Source: Isurus oxyrinchus
Taxonomy: Eukaryota
DNA: 64,000 nt
Assembly: GCA_026770705.1 (NCBI GenBank)
Contig: JANJGN010000385.1
Coordinates: 186,001 to 250,000 of the forward strand
Reading direction: 5' to 3'
The position numbers and the translations under genes are program-made. A model generated the notes under the pieces. That model searched no databases. It was not told the origin of the DNA and saw only the letters and a list, made by a program, of their open reading frames with translations. Shown here in pieces: positions 35,020 to 48,324 of this stretch (its first letter is position 1; each line of letters opens with the position of its first letter).

Positions 35020-36500
35020 CTCTCTCTATCACACTCTTCTGCTCTATCTCTCTCTCTCACACACACACACATTCTCTCTCTAACACTCACAATCTCTCTC
35101 TATCACACTCTTCTGCTCTATCTCTCTCTCTCACACACACACATTCTCTCTCTAACACTCACAATCTTTCTCTATCACACTCTTCTGCTCTCTCTCTCTC
35201 TCTCTCTCACACACACATTCTCTCTCTAACACTCACAATCTCTCTCTATCACACTCTTCTGCTCTATCTCTCTCTCTCTCTCACACACACATTCTCTCTC
35301 TAACACTCACAATCTCTCTCTATCACACTCTTCTGCTCTATCTCTCTCTCACACACACACACATTCTCTCTCTAACACTCACAATCTCTCTCTATCACAC
35401 TCTTCTGCTCTATCTCTCTCTCACACACACAGACATTCTCTCTCTAACACTCACAATCTCTCTCTATCGCACTCTTCTGCTCTATCTCTCTCTCTCACAC
35501 ACACACATTCTCTCTCTAACACTCACAATCTCTCTCTATCGCACTCTTCTGCTCTATCTCTTTCTCTCACACACACACATTCTCTCTCTAACACTCACAA
35601 TCTCTCTCTATCACACTCCTCTGCTCTATCTCTCTCTCACACACACACACATTCTCTCTCTAACACTCACAATCTCTCTCTATCACACTCCTCTACTCTA
35701 TCTCTCTCTCTCTCTCACACACACATTCTCTCTCTAACACTCACAATCTCTCTCTATCGCACTCTTCTGCTCTATCTCTCTCTCTCACACACACACATTC
35801 TCTCTCTAACACTCACAATCTCTCTCTATCACACTCTTCTGCTCTCTCTCTCTCTCTCTCACACACATTCTCTCTCTAACACTGACAATCTCTCTCTATC
35901 GCACTCTTCTGCTCTCTCTCTCTCTCACACACACACATTCTCTCTCAAACACTCACAATCTCTCTCTATCACACTCTTCTGCTCTATCTCTCTCTCTCTC
36001 ACACACACATTCTCTCTCTGACACTGACAATCTCTCTCTATCGCACTCTTCTGCTCTCTCTCTCTCTCTCACATACACATTCTCTCTGTCTCCCTCCCTC
36101 AAATACATTCTCTCTCTCTCTCAGACACAAACACTCTCTCACACACTCGCACACTTTCCCTAAAACTAACACAATCTCTCTTTCTGTCAAGCACACACTC
36201 TCTCTCACACACACACACTCTCTCTCTCAGACACACACATTCTCTCTCTCTCAAACATTTAACATTTCTCTTCATCTCGATCTTCTGCTGTCTCTCTCTT
36301 TCTCTCCCTCGCACACACACACACACTCTCTGTCACAAACACACGCTCTCTCCCACACACTCTCTCTCACACACTCTCACATGCACACTCTCTCCCTCAT
36401 ATACAAACACTCGCCCTCACACATGCACACTCTCTATCTCTTTTTCTCTCTCACACAGTCTCTCTGTCTCTCTCTCTCTCTCAGACACTCTCTCTCTCTC
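35020..36500. repeat. Compound (CT)/(CA) ~63-bp tandem repeat (mirrored at ~53060-54150)
   Basis: Unit tctctctctaacactcacaatctctctctatcacactcttctgctcta(tc)n(ac)n. Confidence 0.9.
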
Positions 36501-37813
36501 TGATACAGAATGTTTTAAGACCTGCTCATGATTTCAGCTCAAAACCCAGGTAGATTCTCCCCAGTGAGGGAGTGGTGAGGGAGTGCTGCACTGTCAGAGG
36601 ATCAGTACTGAGGGCGTGCTGCACTGTCAGAGGGTATGTACTGAGGGAGTGCTGCACTGTCGGAGGATCAGTACTGAACACAATGTCCATTCAGAACAGC
36701 TCGGTCCCCGATCAGAGAAACAGCCTCAGACAGAACCAACTGACGCTGGAATCCATACAATTCATCAACGTGTTGGGAGTTAGTTTGATGTCGGAGATGG
36801 AGTGTTACTGGGAAGGAGGGAACCCGTCAGGATGAACAGCTCGATGTATGACAAGGAAAGGATGAGCTAAGAGGGGTTGGCCACGGACAGACGGAGCATG
36901 TGAAGACTCAACAAGCTAATGGCAGGTGAAGAGCTGGAAAGGTGTCTTTTCAACACAAGGTTTAGACACAGAACTCGATGTTTGATCGGGTATTTCAAAC
37001 CAGAGAAACTCTTTACAGGGTGAATGGACCTTGTCAATAATCCATCCAGCCAACCTCGCCTGGAGATTAGTCCAATATTAGACACTAAACCGAGTCCCCC
37101 GTCTGCCCTCTCGGGCGGGTGTGAAAGATCCCACAGCCACTATTTGGAGGAAGAGCAGGGGGGAGATCTCCCCGGTGTCCTGGCACCAATATTTATCCCT
37201 CAACCAACATCACCAAAAACAGGTGATCACATTGCTGTTTGTGGGAGCTTGCTGTGCGCTAATTGGCTGCTGCGTTTCCTACATTACAACAGTAACCACA
37301 CTTCGAAAAAAGGGTTCACTCAACTGTAAAGTGTTCTGGGACATCCAGAGACCATGCTGTACAGAAGAGATTTGACAGGAGCAGCAAGTGTTTTACTTAC
37401 AGGAGAATGAGTCCCCAGGGTTGTAGAGTCAATCCTGTCAGATGAATGTCTAACTGGAGACACTTCAGGGAGCTGATCTAATTCTGGAAATGTTCAGTTT
37501 AGCAGGATCGGAGGAGAGATGATCTTCCTCTCCTGACTGCATCGGACACGAGGTGAACTGGCTCTGGGAGGAGGGTCAGTGTTAACCCAGTTTTTCTGTG
37601 TTTGAGGGAGATGTGAAACTGGGGATGTCACGTGGTTTTTTGGTGTGGTAACTCCATGTCTTTATTTGGTGCAGCACTCATTTAGTTCATGTCGTTGTTT
37701 CAATGCTACAAAACCACAACGCATTCTGGACTATTTCTGCCTGACCTGCTGTCAGATACACAGTCTGACAGGGAGGCGGAAAAGTGGTCCCTAGCAACGT
37801 GTGTAACTGTGAA

Positions 37814-40800
37814 NNNNNNNNNNNNNNNNNNNNNNNNNNNNNNNNNNNNNNNNNNNNNNNNNNNNNNNNNNNNNNNNNNNNNNNNNNNNNNNNNNNNNNN
37901 NNNNNNNNNNNNNNNNNNNNNNNNNNNNNNNNNNNNNNNNNNNNNNNNNNNNNNNNNNNNNNNNNNNNNNNNNNNNNNNNNNNNNNNNNNNNNNNNNNNN
38001 NCACTCTTTTGCACAAACACTCTTTCACGCACACACATGCACACACACACGCACACAAACGCACAAACTCACTCACACACAAACCCTCACACACACACAG
38101 ACACAAACATTAGCACACACACACACACACTCACACATGCACACATACTCTCAAACACACACTGTTTTGCACAAACACTTTCTCTTTCACACACACACAT
38201 ACACACACACTCTCTCTCTCACACACATGTTCTCTCTCACTCCCTGTCTCAAACACACAATCTCCCCCTCCCTCAAACACTCACACCATCTCTTTCTCGC
38301 ACACTCCCTCTCTCAAACACACACACCCTCTTTCTCAAACACACACACACACACGATCTCACACACACACTCTCACATACACAAACACTCTCTCACAGAC
38401 ACACACTCTGTTTTGCACACACACTATCTCACACGCACATTCTCTCTATCTTTCTCTCTCACACATAAATTCTTTCTCACTCTCACAGACGTTCTCTTTC
38501 TCTCACACACACTCTCTCTCTCACACACAAGCTACCTCCCTCTCTCATGCACACACACTCTACCTCTCTTTTGCTCTCTCACACATACACACTCTCAGTC
38601 TCTCACACATACATTGTCTCTCTCTCTCACATAAACGCACTCTCTCTCTCTGAGATGGAAGGTTGGGATTTTGAGACCGTCTCAAGGTTTCAGCTTAAAA
38701 TGCGGACGGACTCTTCCCAGTGAGGGAGTGCTGCACTGTCAGAGGGTCAGTACTGAGAGAGTGCTGCACTGTTGGAGGGTTAGCACTGAGGGAGTGCTGC
38801 ACTTCCAGAGGGTCGGTACTGAGGGAGAGCTGCACTCCCAGAGGGTCAGTGCTGAGGGAGTGCTGCACTCCCAGAGGGTCAATACTGAAGGAGTGCTGCA
38901 CTCTCAAAGGGTCAATGCTGAGGGAGTGCTGCACTGTCAGAGGGTGGGCACTGAGGGAATGCTGCTCTGTCAGACCTGCCATATTTCAGATGACATTTGA
39001 AATTAGCAACATGCCTCATGTATAATTATATATCATCAGCTCAAAATAAATAGATTATTCCTGTACGTTTCACTTTACTGTAAATTGTTTGCAGTTTCAT
39101 TTCCTTAGAAACCAGGCTTGTGTGATCACTATTTTTAAATAACGTTAATAATAAAGATGCAACAATCCACACGCACACATGTACACACACACACACATTC
39201 ACTCACAAGGGTACATAGACAGACACACACTCACNNNNNNNNNNNNNNNNNNNNNNNNNNNNNNNNNNNNNNNNNNNNNNNNNNNNNNNNNNNNNNNNNN
39301 NNNNNNNNNNNNNNNNNNNNNNNNNNNNNNNNNNNNNNNNNNNNNNNNNNNNNNNNNNNNNNNNNNNNNNNNNNNNNTTAGAGTCCAATAAAAATTTAAA
39401 AGAATATATGATTAATACAATTGCTTGTCTTTGAGGTGTAGATTGTTGACGTTTGCAGCTGTTCAAGGTTAATTGGTTTCCTGTGGCATCCTGGTGGTGA
39501 TTTGATTCAGATTTGCACTTTGTTGAAGATGCGCTGTTAGCTTCAGAAAGAGAGAGAGAGAGAGAGAGAATTTCTGCTCTTTTCCAGCAGTGTTTTTGAG
39601 TGACTGCCATCTTTCTTTTTCCTCCTACTTTCTCTTATATCTGCTTGACAGAACCTGTTGTTAAACTCCTGTCTGTATATTCCCAAAGGGAATTCGATCA
39701 GCATGTCTTGCAATCATTGTCGTAGACCAAGTAATCCCTTTTTTGATCTTTGCATCTCTGAAACATTTGATGCATTTCAAGATATAAATCAACAGGAGAT
39801 GGAGGCATTTCATCCTCCACAAGAGGTTTTGAATGACTGATGAATATCTGCATGGTGAGCAGTTCCCATTAGCTTGATAGACCTACAGTGATCAGAGTCC
39901 AGCGCTTTGCATTTTTAATGGAGCCCCTGTTTCAGGTGGACCCTGACACACCTCAGTGAGAACTTTCATGCAACATGTCTGTAGTGCAATTCATTTGAAG
40001 CTTTCCAGAGAAGTGATCAAGTTTGCAGTATCAGCAATCAGGTGACTCGTGACAGCCATTTTTGATCAATGCCTAATCTTGTACTTTTGAAAAACAGGTC
40101 TCCTTTAAACAGTTCAATACATTTTTGGCTCGTTGGTTAAGTTGAAGGAAGCTCTGTTATGACATAACAGATGGTAAATGCTGAGCTGTTCAAATCCTGG
40201 AGGGAAACTTGAAACAACTGTCACAACTAATTTCCAACTTGTATGTTTTGAGATGTGGGCTTTGAATTCAGTAGTAATGAGATTAAGATGTTTAAGAGGT
40301 AATTATGGTTGGTTGAAAAAAAGGGTTTAAAATATATTTTCCCCCAAATGCAATTTCCAAAGCAAGTCTCTTTGATTGTTAAGAATGAACCAATTAAACC
40401 ACGTTTGGTGGAGTCAAAGAAAGAGTAAGTTTATTAGTTACCTAACTGGAGGAAAAATAATNNNNNNNNNNNNNNNNNNNNNNNNNNNNNNNNNNNNNNN
40501 NNNNNNNNNNNNNNNNNNNNNNNNNNNNNNNNNNNNNNNNNNNNNNNNNNNNNNNNNNNNNNNNNNNNNNNNNNNNNNNNNNNNNNNNNNNNNNNNNNNN
40601 NNNNNNNNNNNNNNNNNNNNNNNNNNNNNNNNNNNNNNNNNNNNNNNNNNNNNNNNNNNNNNNNNNNNNNNNNNNNNNNNNNNNNNNNNNNNNNNNNNNN
40701 NNNNNNNNNNNNNNNNNNNNNNNNNNNNNNNNNNNNNNNNNNNNNNNNNNNNNNNNNNNNNNNNNNNATAATTATAGAGTCCAATAAAAAATTAAAAGAG

Positions 40801-41965
40801 TCGTTTGCTTGTACTACAGCGTAGGCTGTGAAGTTTGAAGCTGTTTTAAATTAGTTGGTTTTCTGTAGATTCCTGTATTTTATCTGGCTCAGACTTGCAC
40901 ATTGTTGAAGACATTCTGTTAGCTTCAGACAGAGAGAGAGAGAGAGGGAGAAATCATTTCTGCTCTTTTCCAGCAGTGTTTGTGGAAGACTGCCATATTT
41001 CTTTTTCCCCTCCTTTCTCTGAAATCTGCTTGGCAGAACCATTTGTTAAACTCCTGTCTGTATATCCCTGAAGTCAATTCGATCAGCTTGTTTTTCATTC
41101 ATTGTTATAGACCAAGTATTCCCATTTTTTTATCTTTGCATCTCTGAAACCTTTGATGCATTTCAAGATATAAATCAACAGGAGACGGGGGTATTGTATC
41201 CTCCACAGGGGGTTTTGAATGGTTGATGATTATCCGCTTGGTGAGCAGTTCCCAATGTTTTGATTGAACTACAGCTGATCAAAGTCCAGCACTTTACATT
41301 TTAATGCCTTCCTTTTAAGAGTGTCTCTATTTGAAGTGGACCCTGACACACCCCAGGCGTGAACTTCCATGCAACAGGTCTGCAGTGCAATTCATTTGAA
41401 CCTTTCCAGAGAAGTGATCAACTTCACAGTATCAGCAATCAGGTGACTTGTGTCAGCCATTTTTGATCTGTGTACAATCTTGTATTTCTTTGAAAAACAG
41501 GTCGCTTTTAGACAGTTCAATATGTCTTTGGTCTGTTAGTTAAGTTGTAGGAAGCTCTTAATCGCAGTTTGTTGTCATTGGGATATTGTCTTTGTGTGTG
41601 TGTTTGTGTGTGTGAGTGAGTGTGTGAGTGAATGTGTGTGTGTGAGTGAATGTGTGTGTGTGTGTGAATGTGTGTGTTTGTGTCTGTCTGNNNNNNNNNN
41701 NNNNNNNNNNNNNNNNNNNNNNNNNNNNNNNNNNNNNNNNNNNNNNNNNNNNNNNNNNNNNNNNNNNNNNNNNNNNNNNNNNNNNNNNNNNNNNNNNNNN
41801 NNNNNNNNNNNNNNNNNNNNNNNNNNNNNNNNNNNNNNNNNNNNNNNNNNNNNNNNNNNNNNNNNNNNNNNNNNNNNNNNNNNNNNNNNNNNNNNNNNNN
41901 NNNNNNNNNNNNNNNNNNNNNNNNNNNNNNNNNNNNNNNNNNNNNNNNNNNNNNNNNNNNNNNNN
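37814..41965. other. Four assembly gaps: 37814-38001, 39235-39377, 40462-40767, 41691-41965
   Basis: Runs of N. Confidence 0.99.
39378..41570. repeat. Two diverged direct copies of a ~0.8-1 kb non-coding element (39378-40200 and 40768-41570), possibly LTR-derived
   Basis: Colinear blocks, for example tttcaagatataaatcaacaggaga near 39775 and at 41161, with many substitutions. Confidence 0.75.
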
Positions 41966-42079
41966 GTATGTCTGTGTGTGTCTGTGTGTGTCTGTGTGTG
42001 CCTGTGTGTGTCTGTATGTGTGTGTGTCTTTGTGTGTGTTTGTGAGAGAGAGAGTGAGTGATTCACAGAGTGAAACCTC

Positions 42080-42230
42080 CCTGAGTGTGGCCGGTGTGTT
42101 TAACATTTAAGCCACACAGACAGGATGTGGTTAAAAGGTGAAACCACAAGGAGTGAGTGTGTATCCCAATGACTGTCTCTCTGTGGGTTTCCTGTGGGTT
42201 TCTGTGAACTGCCTGTGGTTTTAAAAAAAA
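42080..42230. promoter_or_regulatory. Candidate haematopoietic enhancer (ETS:RUNX composite + RUNX cluster)
   Basis: ACAGGATGTGGT at 42120-42131, AACCACA at 42142-42148, TTCCTG at ~42189, TGTGGTT at 42214-42220. Confidence 0.5.
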
Positions 42231-42759
42231 TCTTCCAACCCCACATGCACGGCATCAAATAAGGAATTGGAAGCTGCAGCTCAGAGAGTAACTAGTCCCC
42301 CGAGAATTCACAGCCCCTCAAACACAGATTAACAGCATTAATCCTGACCGTCAGCCCACTCACTCATTGCCTCTTGTCTCAGACACTAGAAAGTGGAAGT
42401 TAAGGCCGGATTTTCACTCCCGGGTCGGGGGACACAGAGACGGCAGGAAAAAAGAACAAAATATGTCTCGAGCACACAGAGCTCCAAGGGAAGGGTCGTG
42501 CTGCAGCTAAGGTGTGAGACATGGCACATTCCCCGGATGCAGCATTGAGGCTTGTATGTCTACACAGCTGATGTAGGTGCACATGGAACACATGTGAATG
42601 AGCACTGTGATGCACACACACCCTGGAGAGTAATATCCCTCCATGCACTACATATCAGGCTAACATCAACTCATGTTGTCATTGCTGACTCACAGGGTTG
42701 AAGAAGGTCACAGAGACGGCTGCGTCTGGTGTTGGGCCAGCCTCCCTGAGACTCACCGT

Positions 42760-43290
42760 CCTAACATTTGATTGGATCACGTCCGATCTGTATCTTAACC
42801 CCATCCACCCGCCTCGGTTCTGTAACCCTTAACCCCCGACCCAACAACAATCTCCCAATCTCAGTTTTGAAATTTACAATTGACCCCTCCCAGTCTCGAC
42901 AGCTTTTTCTGGGGGAGAGGGTTCCAGATTTCCACCCCCGCTTTTGTGTGAAGAAGTGCTTCCTGACATCACCCCCTGAACGGCCTGGCTCCAATGTTAA
43001 TGTTCTGCCCCCTTGTTCTGAACCCTCCTCACCTCAACCCCATCAGAGGAAATAGTTTCTCTCTATTGCCCGTAACAAAGCCTTTAATCATCTTAAACCC
43101 CTCGATTAGATCACCCCTTAATCTTCGAGACTCGAGGGAACACAAGCCTGGTCTGTGCAACCTGTCCTCGGGATTTAACCCTTTCAGCCCCGGGATCGTT
43201 CTGGTGACTCTGCACAGCACCCCCTCCAAGGACAATATATCCTTCCTAAAATGCTGGACCCAGAACTGAACCCAGTGACACCAGATTGGA
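42760..43290 (-). mobile_element. CR1-type LINE 3' end
   Basis: SLESRRLRGDLIEGFKMIKG and VRKHFFTQ. Confidence 0.85.
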
Positions 43291-43729
43291 TGTGAGGGGA
43301 CCTTAATAAAACTGTGCCAGACACTTCAAAAATCTCTTCAATTCAACCTTGTAAAGACAGTAGGAAAAATCCCACGGGGCCATAGTATCTTAGCAACATC
43401 GTAAACTTGGCCAAAAGAATCCCCCGGTCACTCCTGAGTGTTACTTATATTGTAAACACAACGTTTCCAGCTCCTCCAGTCTCTGAGAAGCAAAACTAGG
43501 ACACTAAAGCACCACCACTGGTAGGAGGCTGTAATTACAGTGTGACATGTTTACATGGGAATGTTCCATTACCAATGACACAGGAATTTAAATAATCAGA
43601 AGGGCATGTGACAACAGGAAGTGGTGCCTTGAAGAATGGAATTATTCACTAGAGTACGTATTTAATTTGATAAATATGTACAGAAATGTCAGGGCATTTT
43701 AATTGCTTCTTTTTTGTATTCATTCACTG

Positions 43730-45780
43730 ACACTGGCTAGGCCAGAATTTATTGCCCATCCCTAATTGTCCTTGAGAATATGGGGGTGAGCTGCCTTCTT
43801 GAGCTGCTACAGTCCCTGTGATGTATGTACACCCACAGAACTGTTTGGGAGGGTGTTGCAGGATTCTGACCCAGCGACAGTGAAGGAACGGTGATATATT
43901 TCCAAGTCAGGATGGTGAGTGACTTGGAGGGGAACTTCCAGGTGGTGGTGTTCCCATGTGTCTGCTGCCCTTGTCCTTCTAGATGGTAGTGGTCATGTGT
44001 TTGGAAGGTGCTGTCTAAGGAGGCTTGGTGACTCCCTGCATTGCATCTTGTAGATGGTACACACACTGCTGCCACTGTGCGTCAGTTGTAGAGGGAGAGA
44101 ATGTTTGTGGATGGGGCGCAAATCCAGCGGGGCTGCTTTGTCCTGGACGGTGTCGAGCTTCTTGAGTGTTGTTGGAGCTGCACTCATCTAGGAAAGTGGA
44201 GAATATTCCATCACTTCTGACCTGTGCCTTGAGGTTGGTGGACAGGCTTTGGGGAGTCAGGAGGTGAGTTACTCACCACAGGATTCCCAGGCTCTGGCCT
44301 ACTCTTATAGTCACAGTGTTTATATGGCTAGTCCAGTTCAGTTTCTAGTCATTGGTAACCCCCAGAGTGTTGATAGTGTGGGATTCAGCAATGGTGATGC
44401 TATTGGACATTAAGGGGAGATGGATATATTCTCTCTGGTTGGAAATGGTCATTGCCTGGCACTTGTGTGGCATGAATGTTACTTGCCACTTGTCAGGCCA
44501 AGCCTGGATATTGTCCAGGTCTTGCTGCATTTGGACATGGACTGCTTCAGCATCTGATGAGTCATGAATGATGTTGAACGTTGTGCAATCATCAGCGACC
44601 TTCCATAATTCTGACCATCTGATAGAATGAATGTCATTGATGAAGCAGCTGAAGATGGTTGGGCCTAGGACACTACACTGAGCAACTCCTGCAGTGATGT
44701 CCTGGAACTGAGATGACTGACCTCCAACAACCACAACCACCTTCCTTTGTACTTGGTATGAATCCAACGAGTGGAGAGTTTTCCCTGTGACATGACATGG
44801 CAGATGATGTGTGCTTGGTGCTCCAAATCCACAAGGGAAAATTGGTCACGCTATCACAATAGTTTTGCAATTTGTATTTATTACAAGAAGCGTGCACTGA
44901 ATTCAGGAGTAATGAGTTGACCACAACCTTTAGAGATTTTAAAAATTCAATTAAGATATTTATTAACAAAATAAAAGATTTCAAGCACAGACATAATACC
45001 ACAGTTAGTTACAGCTAAAATATATTCTCAAATTCCTAATTAACCTGACTCCCAGTTACATACCCCTTTTAAGGCAACAGTCCAAAATAAGATTTTAGAT
45101 TAAAAACAAATCCAGCGAGTTAACACAGCACACACTTGACATTGGAATTCTAAATGGGTTTCTCCAACTTTATTTACTGAACATAACAGACTTATGCACA
45201 AATGCCTGGAGGCTTCTTCAAGCCTGTTTCACAACTCCTGTTAGATCTTACATGGCCCCCAACATAGCCTTTCATTCTCCTTTATACATGTTTCTCTCTC
45301 TTTGATGTGTAAATTCTTTGGAACTGTACCTTTCCCATAATATAAACTTTCATGTTGCCAATATTGTCAATGAAGTTTAGGTAAAATTAAAAAAAAACTC
45401 CTTAGCTTTGCTTATTGGGCTTGTCCTAAACAGACCAACATCCCTTTGAAATCTAAACAACCCCTTCACACCTTACATGCTAAGGCAGCCTCCATGTGTT
45501 CTCATTAGCATTTCAAGTACATTTCTACATCTAGCTTCTTTTGATAATCTCAAACTTGCAGTCTACCTGTCTCCAGATGTAATTAAACTACACAGACAGA
45601 CCCATCTACACTCACACCCATAAACCTAGTTTACAACAAACCAGGAAAATATTAAGCAAATTATTATACTTTCGCACCACCCCTGATTCCCATTGACTCC
45701 AGTTTTACTCGGGATCCTAGATGCCACACTCGGTCAAATGCAGCCTTGATGTCAAAGGCAGTCACTGTCACCTCACCTTG
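43730..45780 (-). mobile_element. CR1/L2-type LINE fragment interrupted by an ~0.9 kb insertion
   Basis: QCSVLGPTIFSCFIND, ADDCT and MQQDLDNIQAW. Confidence 0.85.
44786..45679 (-). mobile_element. Probable solo LTR, ~894 bp
   Basis: TG...CA termini, inserted in the C-run of the LINE motif agagttttccc|cctgattccc (uninterrupted version near 24261). Imperfect tccc/cccc TSD. Confidence 0.65.
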
Positions 45781-45970
45781 TATTAACAGATGTAAAATTA
45801 TACATAATTCATAAACTTCTCACAATCTTTTACAGCATGGAAAAAGGTGCAGCATTCAGAAAGCTCAGTTAAAACCAATAAAAAAAAGTTCAGCAACATC
45901 ATATTTGTGTTCATTACTATTTGGCCATGTTGGCTGCACACACCCCACAGCCCCGCTCCCTGTTTCACAC

Positions 45971-46219
45971 TCAGTTTTTCTGGAACCTGATCTGTGCGTC
46001 TTCCGTGTCCTCGCTCCTGTGCACAGTCCTGTCACCGCCGGGCAGCTTTGAAAAGTTGATGTTGGCGTAGAAAAGCTCGTCGGGTTTGTCGGGGTTCCCA
46101 TGTCCAACATCGCCTCCCACTGGACCTTCAGAGAGACCCCGGGGAGCTGGGGTCTCCCCCTCGCTAGTTGTGTTTCTGGTTGTGTTCCGGGGCTCAGTAA
46201 TCAGCACGTTCTGTTTACC
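45971..46219 (-). CDS. Siglec-like gene D, terminal cytoplasmic exon with ITIM
   Basis: ctctgtag|, phase 0: GKQNVLITEP...DELFYANINFSK...EDTEDAQIRFQKN*. ITIM LFYANI at 46058-46075. Confidence 0.88.
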   Translation of the reverse strand, partial: GKQNVLITEPRNTTRNTTSEGETPAPRGLSEGPVGGDVGHGNPDKPDELFYANINFSKLPGGDRTVHRSEDTEDAQIRFQKN

Positions 46220-47267
46220 CTACAGAGAAATAGAAACAGAAGACATCCTCACATCACTTACTGGCACTGATAGGGTTAAGTTATTCTGCAGCCTCGTTAC
46301 TGTCAGTCATGTCTCAGTGTGTTTAACCCTCTTTTTCACTCTCTTTCTCTGTCTCCTTTTTTTCAATCTCTTTCTCTGTCTCTCTTTCTCTCTCTCTCTC
46401 TTGCTTTCTCTCTCTATTTATCATGTAATCTCTCTCGCTATCGCAGACCTGAGTCTTGAAGTCCGATGTTACCATCCCAATCATGAGATTTGTGCCCCAT
46501 TATTCACAAACACAGACACACAAAGAACCTCACGCCAATGAAGGAATTTTATTGAAGGGCGACACTGCTACAGTGTTGGAAATGTGGCCATGGGACCAGA
46601 TAAGAGGGTAAACATGGTCAGCATTATACAACTATTCTGAAAGAGGCACCTCGAACACTGCCATGTTCTCTCAGTGCTCTCTGCTGACAGTGCAGCACTC
46701 CCTCGGAACTGCCCCTTCAAGAGGGCAGCACCCCTTGAAAATGGACTCTTTGACAGTGCAGCACTCACTCAGTACTGTCCTCAGTACTGACCATCCGACA
46801 GTGCAGCACTCCCTCAGTACTGACCCTCCGACAGTGCAGCACTCCCTCAGTACTGACCGTCCGACAGTCCAGCACTCCCTCAGTACTGACCCTATGACAG
46901 CGCAGCACTCCCTCAGTACTGACCCTCTGACAGTCTAGCTCTCCCTCAGTACAGACCCTCTGACAGTGCAACACTCCCTCAGTACTGACCTTCTGACACT
47001 CCAGCACTCCCTCAGCACAGACCCTAGGACAGTGCAGCACTCCCTCACTACTGACATCAGGTGCCTTGTCATTATTGCATTCAGGTTTCTGGTCAAAGAG
47101 CGAGTGATGGAGGGAAGAGGGGGAGGGAGCGAGAGACAATGCTACCTACTGAGCCATATCTGACTCCACAGGTAGATATCTGTGGGTAACCTGGCTGGGA
47201 ATCTGGGACATGTGTTGTCTACACACTGAGATTGAAGCTTTGGAGTGAGTGTAAACAGCTCCTGTAC

Positions 47268-47349
47268 CTGGTGCTTCACAGAGAGTGGACTGGGGGTCAA
47301 TGAAATGTCTCTGGTCCCTGAAACTTTCTCCTCCATCGCTGTCTTTCTC
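47268..47349 (-). CDS. Siglec-like gene D, cytoplasmic exon 1
   Basis: ttattgcag| ... CAG|gtacag, 82 nt, phase 2-0. KRKTAMEEKVSGTRDISLTPSPLSVKHQ links the TM and ITIM exons in frame. Confidence 0.8.
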
Positions 47350-48227
47350 CTGCAATAACACAATATCACACTGTGGTTATCATATAGCAGAGAGTCAGTG
47401 CAGCACAGACACAGAGCCCAGTGTAACCTTACACCAACGACTGGACTGTCTCTAGTTCCAATAAGGGATATCAGCGTGACATCACTATAATGGAAGTGTG
47501 TCATGTGATCCAATCTTAGTTTGACTTTTGCTTTGAGCAGAACACACACTCACAGCTCTGATGCCTTCAATCTTTCTCCATATGTATAACTGTTCTCGTG
47601 CCGAGTCTTGATAAACAAATCATTAACATTCTCACCCAATCCCTGTGAGCGATTGGTGCTTTGTTTCTTGTACAATAAATAAGCCTAAGGTATAATATCA
47701 TTATAATGACACGCCATATCTTTGACCCCCCCTCCACCCCTGCTCTTCCCCCCATAGCCCTTCAAATGTTCCCCCTTCAAGTATTTATCCAATTCCCCTT
47801 TTGAAAGATCCTATTAAATCTGCTTCCAGCGCCCTTTCAGGCAGCACCTTCCAGATCACAGCGACTGATTATTATTCATCTGGATAACGGGCAATGAAAA
47901 ACACTGTCTGGATCGTAAGGGACAAAAGAGACCAGTTACGGAGAGGCATCTAGCGCTTAACACAAGGGAAACAATCACCGACTTAAGGAAAGAACATTGA
48001 AGCAAATGTTTATCCCGGAGTAATCGTGCAGAGTGAGGAATCTCTGGGTCTCGTGATTGTTTACCTGGATACAGGACAATGAAAGGTTCTCTCCGGATCA
48101 GAGTGGACACAGGGATCAGTTACGGAGAGGGACCTGGTGCTGATCCCAAGGGAAACAATCACCGACTTCAGGAAAGAACATTGAAGCAAATGTTTATATT
48201 AAAATCAAGTTAAATCTTCAGACTTAC

Positions 48228-48324
48228 TTTCTCACACAGATGAAGATGAAGATTCCAGCCAGGAAAACACTCAACATGATCCCAGCCGTGAACAATCCTA
48301 CTGTCCATTTACTGGAGTCTCTAC
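48228..48324 (-). CDS. Siglec-like gene D, transmembrane exon (uncharged)
   Basis: 97 nt, CRDSSKWTVGLFTAGIMLSVFLAGIFIFICVR, donor AA|gtaagt. Confidence 0.88.

Larger units (their letters stand above)
28030..39230. repeat. Left arm of large inverted segmental duplication
   Basis: Reverse-complement matches: 28770-35010 with 57930-63800, 36670-37810 with 51250-52395, and 38100-39200 with 50130-51200. Many ORF-track entries pair up on opposite strands. Confidence 0.95.

Noticed and set aside
37687-42110. Long His/Thr- or Cys/Val-rich ORFs
   Set aside because: Artefacts of (CA)n/(TG)n tracts and N-gaps.
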